64,000 bases of DNA, taken from the NCBI RefSeq assembly GCF_964355755.1, contig NC_092677.1, positions 1,944,101 through 2,008,100 of the forward strand. The letters run 5' to 3'. The position numbers and the translations under genes are program-made. This document shows, in pieces, positions 37,365-48,029 of this stretch (positions are counted from its first letter, which is position 1; each line of letters begins with the position of its first letter). Under the pieces are notes generated by a model. That model was not told where the DNA came from, did not search any database, and saw only the letters and a program-made list of their open reading frames with translations. The stretch comes from Antedon mediterranea. Taxonomy: Eukaryota > Animalia > Echinodermata.

Positions 37365-38641
37365 CAGGGATGTCACCAGCTTTTTGGAGTGCCGGTCGCC
37401 AAATTTCTCCGCCCACCCCCAGGGGGGGGGGGGGTTACCCCCCGGGGTTTGTCGTTATTTTAGCGAAACATAAAGAATTATGAAAATAAATAACAACAAA
37501 TTGCGTCAGGTCTAGGCCTAACCTTGTACCACCGGGGAGTCGCCGTTAATATTCGCGAAAACAAAAAAACGCTTACGAAATGAAAATGAATAGCAATAGA
37601 TCGCGTCAGGCCTAGCCTTGTGGATACTACGACCACTAGGCCTAGCTAAGGCTTAGATAGATGCCCCAAAATCTGAATTCCACAAAAACAGGCGCTTCCT
37701 TATTTAGGCCTAACCCCTAATCAAATACTGTAGATAAATTATTAGCCTAGACCTTACTACTTGTTGCTCAATATAATATGTTTGTGTTTTTTGCGCGAGA
37801 GTTTTTTAGCGTATTCGCGAATTCCGGATTTGTTGTTTCACAACTGTGCGGCAAGCATGTAGTGCATGGCCGGCAAGAACAGACACGTGTTTATGGGTTA
37901 ACTGAAGTTCAGCAACCTGAAGTTATCCAGGGACGTCCAGTCCAGTAAGTTTTAGCAGGGGAAGTCCCCTGCCGCTGCGCGCGTGGTTGTTGTTGTCTTT
38001 GTGCCGTACGTATTTCTTTGTCTTTCTTTAGTGTTAATGTATTCAGTGTTTTTAGAGTAAAATAATAATAATAAATAAAAAACAGTTTATATTTTCGTTT
38101 GTCTGCTTTATTTTTACTTCATTCTACAGTAAATCGATCTCATTTTACTGGCACTTTTAACATATATAATATTCACAAAATAAGAAACATGGCATAACAT
38201 AATAATTCGGTGGTATAACATAAGTACTGCGTACTTGTTGTATTTTTAATCTGTGCAAAATAAAACGCTTGAATGGTCGCTAAGTGAACTTTAAACTTGT
38301 ACACTGTGCTGTGTAGCACGTTGCTCGCCATGACTCACAAGCTGTAACAATGAATGCCAGGGCAGGGTAGGCCTGGTATTGTGTTACAAATAAAGTAACG
38401 TACGTAACCACGGAAACATTTGCTGTAGTCTTTTGTCTTATCTATATGAGGCTAGCTTGTCTGTAATTAACGATGTGCTAGGTAAAATGTTTCAGTACGA
38501 ATTTTAGTAAGGCCCAGGCCTAATATAAATATCGTAATGATTAATAAATAATAGTGGTGGTCGGCAGCCTGTAAATCCTGGTCGGAAATTTTGAGTGCTG
38601 GACGGGGCCGACCAGCGCCGACCAGCGTGGTGACATCCCTG
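37365..38641. mobile_element. hAT-like non-autonomous element upstream of the first JAK coding exon
   Basis: Perfect 14-bp TIR CAGGGATGTCACCA; TATGAG is duplicated on both flanks. Confidence 0.8.
37955..37972. promoter_or_regulatory. Candidate NF-kB site GGGGAAGTCCCC within an 18-bp near-palindrome
   Basis: GCAGGGGA-AG-TCCCCTGC fits the kB consensus GGGRNWYYCC; motif match only. Confidence 0.35.
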
Positions 38642-39508
38642 TATGAGTACATTACAGTTATTAGAAAAGTGTTATCAAATGCTTAAACATAATGTTTATA
38701 ATTTGGATATTTAATTGTTCATTTTAAATACAATTAGTTTTATTTTAAAATCTGCCACAATAGTGATTAGGCCTAGGCCTATAGGTTTATTCAACAATTG
38801 ACAAAGAAATCAATGTACAAATATCAATGAGACCTATTCTAATTAAATTAATAACTGATTTTGAAACTTTTTTCTAGGTACAAAATAAATAAATATAAAT
38901 TTAACAATGCATCATCATTTTCTACCTACCATTGTAATAATTTGCCTATTAAATGGTTTTTAGACCTACAGTAGAAAGTCTAGCTAAGAAAATTGTCAAT
39001 TGACTAGAGGCCTGCACCAAATACCATCATGAAAGGCTTAAAAATAACATATTTTACCATCTACAAAAACTGATAGAACCTCTAGCATAGTAGACTGGCT
39101 TGCTAGAGCCTCAAGCTAGGCCTAGGCCCTAGGGCCAGGCCTAGCTAGCGTAGCCTCCTACCTAGTCCTAGCTAATATAGTAGAGTCTAGCTAGGCTTAG
39201 GCCTAGGTAGGCATGACTATACTAGTACTAGCCTAGCTAGATAGAGAGAGGACTACAATTTACAAATGAGGAAATATGTATAAATGTTTACAAGAATATA
39301 GGCTAGAGGCCTAGGTTGATCATAAAATAATTCTACCAACAACGAGTCTAAGGTGGAATGAAATATTAGGTCCAGGGTAGAGTTCACAAAGCCTTCATGC
39401 ACAGAATCACAGGGCCCGGCCGGGGCGCGTACAGTACACTATGTACGCCGCTTGAAATGATAGAGAAAGAAGAAAAATTGTGCTAGGCTAGGCTCAAGTT
39501 TAACTTAC

Positions 39509-39760
39509 CTACTACAGAGAATTTCAACAACACCACGCCTGAATTTGGATGTTTAGAATGTTGTAATTGGCACCATTAATTACTGACTTGAAGCATCTAC
39601 AGATAAATAACCAAATACCATCATGAAAGGCTTAAAAATAACATATTTTACCATCTACAAAAACTGATTGATGTTTTTATAGCACAACCAATGACCTAAA
39701 AAACCTCTATGCCGCCGATCCTCCTCTCTCTCTCTCAGCTCTCTCTAGAGCGGAAATGAC
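39509..39760 (-). promoter_or_regulatory. Putative JAK non-coding first exon / promoter
   Basis: Strong donor TAG|GTAAGT at 39508. ETS-like CGGAAA near 39750. The JAK ATG exon begins directly after an acceptor (34628-34629), so an upstream exon is required. Confidence 0.4.
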
Positions 39761-41008
39761 ATCTTGAAAAAAAACACAACAACATAATAAACAACCGGCG
39801 ACAGAGGGGGTACTTCTTTCTAAACACTATCAACTAATTATTTAATAATATTTGAAACAATTTAATTTGGATTAAACAAAAATTAGTCTAATTATTAAAA
39901 AAGCCATCAACGATCGTTTGGCACACGGGAAATAACAATAGGTACTTTTTTGTAGATGATACGTACGTGTTGGATTAAACGAACAATATTTACTCTATAC
40001 ATTTATGGTCACTTAAAACCGCATGTAAGAAACAGTTTAAAGATGTTGTGTAACGAAAAATTTTATTTTCTTTATTATAACAAAAGTTCTGCTCAATTAT
40101 ACAAGACTCAACCCACCCACACTCAGATTATTATTATTAGCAGATCAGGAAGGGCTAGACTGACAAAGAAAACAATTTCGACAAACTGTTTCAGATTTTC
40201 AACAATGTATATATAGCATGTAATTTATTTAATCACAACTTTAAAAGATAGTAACTTGTATTCATTTATTTAAAAATGTATCACTTTGTATTATTTAATG
40301 ATCTACTATGGTACAAAACATATCTCAAAATTGTAAACTTTTTACAATAAAGTAAACTTGTATCTTGTACCAGCATAAAACAAATATTTTAATAAGATAA
40401 ACATAGTTGATTTTTATGTTATCATATTTTGTTCGGTTTTGTCCTATGTTTTAAGTTCTTCTTTATCACCATGATGTATACTGTACGCAACAACAATCAA
40501 ACGGAGGCATTTATAGTAACAAATTGTCTTTCCGACAGAAGTGTACAGTTTTAGGAAATCGAAGGAGATTGTCAGATTTTTTTTCACATTTTCTTTCTAA
40601 ATAAAAGTTGTATTTTCGCGCGTATTCATCATAATCTCATAATTTTGTTCGTTTCGTGTGACGGTTGTGCGGAGCGCTCGCTTAGTGGTGGTGGAAACCC
40701 TTGATGACGCAAATATTGACCAATCACATCCCACGCATACATTTTAGATATTATTAAATTTATTTAATTTTTAACTGCAAATTTACTGTATCTGTATCAT
40801 AATGAACGATTTACATTGTTATTAATACTAAAATATGACACTATTACCTTATATGGTATACTCTTACTATTAATAATTCAATTCATAAATATCATAAACT
40901 CAAGATTGTATTAAAATAAATTATTCGGTGCCTGCTGCCATATGTTGAGACCTTTACGCGATATATGCGAAAAAAGTGGTATAAATTAAGCGTCCATATT
41001 ATGGGATG

Positions 41009-42429
41009 TCACTTTCTTTTGTAGACCTCAATTCGGAATTTAATATCATTGTCAATTTGTTCAGAATCGTCAATTTCTGGATCTCTAAAAATAAAATTTA
41101 TAAAAAAAAACAATTAAGTTACCATTGTAAATATTTAACAATAGAGCTTGGTAATAAATAGACATGAAGAACACTAAATGAACACAAGTTCATTTTAAGT
41201 ATTACTTAAAAAATTCCCAGTACGACGCAACGCAAGAATAAGCACAACGTAAGCGTAATCAATCAACAAGCGATGTAATTGGTCAACTCACTTGCGTTGC
41301 GTCCTAGTGGTAACCAATCAAAAGTACTGTATATTGAAAAGAAAAAAACATTGTTTACCTAATTTTGATAAATGAGCTCCAATCAATTTCCCGGAAGAAT
41401 GTGTCGCATACAAAATCTTGAAAAATTCTTGTAAAATAAATAAAATCACAATATTTTGCACCAACCTGTAATAAATGTAAGAAAGTTTAATAATAAAAGT
41501 ATTCTAACCCCTAAAGTAGTTCAATTCTAACCCCTAAAGTAGTTCAGTTCTAACCCCTAAAGTAGTTCAGTTCTAACCCCTAAAGTAGTTCAATTCTAAC
41601 CCCTAAAGTAGTTCAATTCTAACCCCTAAAGTAGTTCAATTCTAACCCCTAAAGTAGTTCAGTTCTAACCCCTAAAGTAGTTCAGTTCTAACCCCTAAAG
41701 TAGTTCAATTCTAACCCCTAAAGTAGTTCAGTTCTAAACCCTAAAGTAGTTCAATTCTAACCCCTAAAGTAGTTCAATTCTAACCCCTAAAGTAGTTCAA
41801 TTCTAACCCCTAAAGTAGTTCAAAACCCCTAAAGTAGTTCAATTCTAAGCATATAACCTAAAAAGGAAATATAAAAACTTATACGACTAACTGTATTGCT
41901 GCTAAGAACTATTTTTATGGTGTTTGGGTATTTGGAACATTTTAAAAGCATCGCTATCTTCCGACCAAGTATCACCACATTACGTCGACTTTCATCTTTA
42001 ACTCTCGTCACAGATTTCACTAAAAAGTTGTGATCTTTTCTACAAAATGAAATAACATTATAAAATACTAAATATATTTAATTACTTATCATCACTAATA
42101 GTGCCATGTTGCAGATAATACAATTGATATTGATACTGGTCAAATCAAAGCAAATCAAAATCTGTATTTATTGCTTCCAAACCATAAGAATGGCTGAACA
42201 ATAAAATTCTAATAATAAAGAAAATTAAAAAAAAACTAATTAAAACAGAGATAATTTACTTAAATGTAAAACAAAATAGACTAGACTACGTGTAAACATA
42301 ATGCATGCTAGTAGATATAATACGTTTGTCTTACTTTATCCGTGGCCAGGGTAGTTTGCCGCCGTAGCCAATACCTAAACCGTTACACACAGCAGCTATA
42401 ATATTTACTTTTTTCTTCGTTTCTGTCAT
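41009..42429 (-). CDS. DHFR: DHFR-like paralog A, exon 3 missing (141-aa in-frame product, or pseudogene)
   Basis: Exons 42335-42429, 41892-42039, 41359-41465, 41009-41084. IIAAVCNGLGIGYGGKLPWP, NVVILGRK and CDTFF are present. There is no counterpart of paralog B exon 3. Confidence 0.7.
41503..41848. repeat. 23-bp minisatellite (TTCTAACCCCTAAAGTAGTTCAR)n, ~15 copies
   Basis: Direct inspection; it occupies the intron where exon 3 of DHFR-A would lie. Confidence 0.95.
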
Positions 42430-43669
42430 ATTTTAATACTTCTTCTCTTCTTCGCATACAGGCTTCCAGGATTTATGACTGTTGCTTACTGTTTGTTTGT
42501 CTTTACTTCATTTTACGTAGACATTTTATATGGACATGCCAATGAAAGATTAGGTTGTCTTATTGGCTGTTTGTCGTCACGTGACTTCTCGTGTTAAATT
42601 TAAATGTGTGCTGGTTTCGTATGATAGTCTGTCGTTATTTATGTATTCCTAGAGTTTTTAAGTATATACAATGAAATAAAGCCGCAAAGGAGATTGAGCG
42701 CCGCCGAGATCATTTAACAAGGCAATGCACTTTCACACCAACTTTTAAAATCATTATCGATTAGCGATTGATGACACGTTTCAATAGTCTGTACATTAAA
42801 GCTTTCAAATGTTTTTACTGAGAAACTGTTCCGAATTCTGAAAAGAAAGACCTCATGGGTCCGATTTCTTTAACTAGGAAATAATTCGCAAAAGCGTTTC
42901 TGACGCGTAGAGGTTGCAGCAAACTAATCATGACGTCAGCATGCAATGTTCGTTTTGCGCAAATTCACCTAGAAACAGTGTCGAAGCTGCATGGTTCCCA
43001 TGCAATGCGGTAATTTGACCAATCACACAACTGGCGAACTGTGATTGTTTAAATACGTTACACGTACGCCATTGTGTTGATCATCCACGAGAACCAAGCA
43101 AAATAATAGCCTTCACGTACAATTATAAAAACATTTTTGCAGTAGCCTCACACCTACGACTCCGTCAAGAACAGCGCCTCTATCACCACATCCTAAAATC
43201 ATGAATACGCGCGCGTGCGCATCATATTAATACCGTACATGATTGGTCCTTTTTAGCAATATTTGAGGAGTTGAGTTTGAACTTACACAGAATTGAGAAC
43301 GATTATGAGTGCATTTTATAATCAATTTTATATATAAATATTTTAATATCTTCCATAAAATAATCTACTTAAAAGTTGTTCGTCAAGACACTTGTTATCT
43401 ATTCTTACATTTTATCATAAATTTACAAACGAAAATGTTAAAATATATTCTTAAATTGTTTACATTATATTAAAACCCAAATGATACTGCGACTAAAATA
43501 TGGCGTTTACCATTACCTTGTATTATAGACCCTTACTATTAATAATTCAAAATATCATAACCCGAGACTGTGTGTTAAAATAAATTATTCTGGTGCCGCC
43601 CATATGTTGAGACCTTTACGTGTCACAACAGAAAGAAGATAGGAATTATATACTGTATACGCATGGATA

Positions 43670-45220
43670 TCACTTTCTTTTGTAAACCTCAATCTGGAAT
43701 TTTATATCATTGTCAATTTGTTCAGAATCATTGATTTCTGGATCTCTAAAAAAAATACAAGAAATAATTTATTAAAAAATATAAAAATATTAAAACTAAA
43801 ATAAGCGCAAACAGTATTACTTTAAATAAAAAATAAATATAATGGTTAGAAAAAAAGAACTTTCTTTACCTAATTTTGATAAATGAGCTCCAATCAATTT
43901 CTGGAAAGAATGTGTCACATTGAAAATCTTGAAAAATTCTTGTTAAATAAATAAAATCACAATATTTTGAACCAATCTGTAAATGCAAGAAGTTTTACTA
44001 AATGTTTTTATGTGAAATCGTAAGAGGTACCTTATCCTTTTCATTATTACTTTATCGCAAAAGGCCCGACGCATTGTGGGAAGGATTTGGGAGCAAAGGT
44101 CACGACGCGTACGTACGTGATTTGTTGTTTGATTGCACTACGGGTCGTGACGTTTGCTCCCAAACCCTTCCCATCATGCATTGTGTAATTGACGTTCCTC
44201 GCGAAATCAATCTATTTGCGATAAACCTTATTACCTTATATAATTCAGTTCCTCCCAAAATCCAAACACTTTCAACTTGATTGGATAAAGTATTGCTATT
44301 GACCAATGACAAGGCATCTTCTAATGATTGACAGAGGTAGTCAGTCCACGATGGCTTTTCTCTGATACGAATTAACAAGAACAATGACATTAATCTATCA
44401 TCCTAATTAGGTCTATTATTGGGTAGAATTTGGTTCCGGGCTTGTATCCAACGCAACGCACAGCGCAAGCGCAAGTGAGTTGACCAATCACAAGCAACAG
44501 CTCAGATCATCGCGTCATGATTGGTCAGCGGTCCGCTTGTTCTTGCGTAGATCAGCATTCATCTCAAAGCTTCCCACAGCTTCATTTTTGTCGAGTGTCG
44601 ATCCTAAACCACCCGAAATATCCTTGTTTCCACCACCCCTCCCATCAAAGACCTTAATTAACTACAACAATAATATTAAAATATCCCTTTTTTTAAGGAA
44701 ACGAAATATGGAAAAACAATAAATGAATGACTAACTGCATTGTTCTGCTGAGAACTACTGTTATAACATTAGGGAATGATTTACATTCTGCGTCAAATAT
44801 CATTGTTTTCCGACCAATTATCACCACATTTCGTCGACTTTCATCTTTAACACTCGTCACAGATTTTGTTAGAAAGTCGTGATCTTTTCTGCAAAATTAA
44901 ATATATCGATATTAAACAAACAAAACAGATCCTCAGCTAGGCAATACTAACGACAATTAAATCATGGCTTGAAGGAAAGATTAAGATCAATCGGCAAAAC
45001 AAAAATGAAACTTACAGTATCCATCATAAACCATATATATGGCCTGAATGGCGTTCCATACTGGCTTACATAATACCAGTGTACAACAAAATACTAGCAA
45101 GTAAATTATAATAAGCTAGACTTACTTTATCAGTGGCCAGGGTAGTTTGCCACCGTAGCCAATGCCTAAACCGTTACACACAGCAGCTATCATATTTACT
45201 TTTTTCTTCATTTCTGTCAT
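43670..45220 (-). CDS. DHFR: Dihydrofolate reductase-like paralog B, 185 aa, 5 exons
   Basis: Exons 45126-45220, 44736-44888, 44235-44361, 43870-43976, 43670-43745 (558 nt, phases consistent). Motifs MIAAVC..GIG..GKLPWP, GRKT, VLSRT, VWILGG..LY, YLTRI, CDTFFPEID, IEVYKR. Confidence 0.92.
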
Positions 45221-45372
45221 ATTTTAAATATCTTTAAACGCAAAGCAGATTTTCCAATTTCATGCGAGACGACGACTCTAGACGTTTACTACTAGTACTA
45301 CCGGTACTGTACTATTAATTTTGGAGGTATATGACATATACCATACTGGTAAGTCGACATGTTCAATCACGT

Positions 45373-45384
45373 ATGGCGCGCCAA
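45373..45384. promoter_or_regulatory. Candidate E2F site upstream of DHFR-B
   Basis: TGGCGCGCCA palindrome ~150 bp upstream of the ATG; E2F control of DHFR is established in mammals. Confidence 0.4.
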
Positions 45385-46507
45385 GCTGTAATTTATTCGG
45401 AATTATTTTTGAGGATACGACACCTTGACTTCCTAATTCTTATTGAATGGTAGTGACATTTTTTGTAATATTAACAGATCATACTTACGATGAAAAATAA
45501 ATTTAAATGTATTGCAGGTCTACAGAGAAGAAAACAATAACCTATGATGAAAATCGATCAGATAAATAGTAAAAAATGGTAGGCGCCGCCAGAAGACATA
45601 TATCTGTGTTTTTTTTGTGCTCTATAAATTGAGTAAGTGCAGCTATTTAAAACACTATTCATATAAAATAATATCATCGGAAAACCAAGCAGCCAAGAGC
45701 TGAACTCCGTTGTCTAACCGTTATATACTGTAGAGAAATATTGTCAACCTTTGTTTTTAGGTCAACCCTTCCATTCTGTATTAAGTCTCCATAATTTTTT
45801 ATAAAGTTTAATTGATGTTCCACTACCAAAATAAGTATAACACACTATACATTAAAAATTATCTGTTTAATAAGTAATATTTATATTCAAGACATACCAA
45901 ACCAATAGTCGAACATGTTTGGCAAACTGAAATGGTATAGCCAGTCTCGCTCTCTCTTCTGCTGCCCTCTATCGTCAAACAAATTCCGATACTCTTTACT
46001 ATATATTTGTTTTCTCTTATTATGTAACTGGGTAAACATAGAAAATATATATGTTAATTATTATTACGAATTAGCTATTATAAACTGTCATGATTCTATG
46101 ATAACTTAAGGTCCAAAGTTCAAACCATATCAAAAATGTCATTTGATTTGAGCATTGACCTGTAGCGTATTCTTCACACAAAACAAGAATAAAAGTTTCA
46201 ATAGTTTTTGTACTTTTTTATTATTCAAATTCCACAATTATTCAACGTTGTGACGAAATGGCGCCGCACCTATTTCTATGATTGTAATAAATGAGTAAAT
46301 CTTGGAACATTTTATAAAATAAAAACTTCAAATTAAAGTGAAGTACAGAATTATATTATCTATGTTGTTAAAGCAAGTGAAAATAGCTTACTACGGTATT
46401 TAAGTGTGAACAGTTTGGTAAATAAAATTACGTTTCATTTGGTTACATCCATTTTGGTTTACAGTACTGTTTTTTTATATACGTAATAACTGTATTAGCA
46501 ATACACA

Positions 46508-46625
46508 GACGACCGGGCCATGGACGACCGGGCCATGGACGACCGGGCCATGGACGACCGGGCCATGGACGACCGGGCCATGGACGACCGGGCCATGGAC
46601 GACCGGGCCATGGACGACCGGGCCA
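46508..46625. repeat. 15-bp GC-rich minisatellite (GGACGACCGGGCCAT)n
   Basis: About 8 near-perfect copies; it explains the WPGRP and MDDRA ORFs. Confidence 0.95.
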
Positions 46626-48029
46626 CCGACTCAATACGTCTGTACGATTCTGACTTCCATATATTTCATATCTTATTAAACACTACAACATCTAATACCT
46701 AATTATGTCAAACAAAGTACAATGATTTAACACATTTTGTGCGTAATTTTAAGTAAATTGGTTCAGAAGGAAAATTAATATATAATATTATAACACATAC
46801 TAGTCTTCAAGTATGACAAATATCAGGTCCAGGTGTCTGCAGAAATGGTACCCAGAACGCTACCACAATCCTGGTCTCAAGAATTTGAGAAGACCCGTTG
46901 GTATGGTGACCAATCTAGGTCTCTGTAGAAACAGGAGACCAAAACGGTACCATAAACCTTCTCTCAAACAAGACTGGTATGCTTATTCAATTAATATACA
47001 ACTAAACATAGAGAAACTTAAAAACCCCGTCCATTATAATACAACCAATAATATCATTAGTAACTATAAACTATCTGCTATATTTAATAAAAATATTTCG
47101 CACCTTTATCTATAATTAATCAAGGTGTAAATTGATTTTTAAGGTGCATATTATAATTATTTTTAAAAAACAACCGTAAAATTATTATCTAAAATCTGGA
47201 ATGATCATCATCAAGTATGGACTACCTACAGACTTAGACATACCAAAATATATGTTTATCCAATTACAGATGTATTTACAAATTATTATTTTTTTATCAA
47301 TTTCATTCATATTTTTAAGAAAACAAGGCCATTTACAAATATTCAGATCTTTAAAATCTCCAAACTTGAATAAGTTTCTGGTAGTTTGATGATCAACATT
47401 TATGATTCGTACAAAAGTTAAATATGAGTTTAAAAAAATGAAAATATTTATATATTATTTGAACAGTGCATGAATAGATAAAGAATATAAATAGCATGGG
47501 GAAAGGGAGATGCGGATATATACAGTCTAAGCTTAAATACAGTACACTACATACTGAGTGAGGTACTTATGTTATATATAGTATTACTGAGTGGTCTGTG
47601 TGTCCTAAATTAAATGCATTTAATTTAGATCAGTTAGCAAAAAAGTATTTTACAGACTTTTGAACTTAAAAACAAATCATGCACCAATACATTTATACTC
47701 GTGGAGAAAAAAAGTTGGAAGAAAATATCACCAACTGTACAAAGGAGCATTATCTATCCATTTCCCACTGGCCAATCAGGCTCGTTCATCTGATGCACGT
47801 TGACAGAAACGCTATGACATCTTGACCATGTACAACATATATATATTTCAGCAGTACTGTAAGAGATAAGAAAAAAATAAATTAAAATTGGAAGTTGTTC
47901 AACCATTATACCAATAAATAAGTGATTAAATAAATCAAATTCTACAATACACCATTCAACTGATGAATCAAATAGATCAAGGTGTACCCTGAATAGAGCG
48001 AGGCTCTACTGTACGTACCCACAACAACT

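Noticed and set aside
41503-41848. TAACCCC resembling telomeric repeats
   Set aside because: It is part of a 23-bp unit, not (TTAGGG)n.
45340-45600. Plus-strand donor/acceptor signals suggesting a divergent gene (as DHFR-MSH3 in mammals)
   Set aside because: No coding similarity to MSH3 and no sustained ORF.
46443-46702. WPGRP / MDDRA repeat ORFs
   Set aside because: Products of a 15-bp minisatellite.
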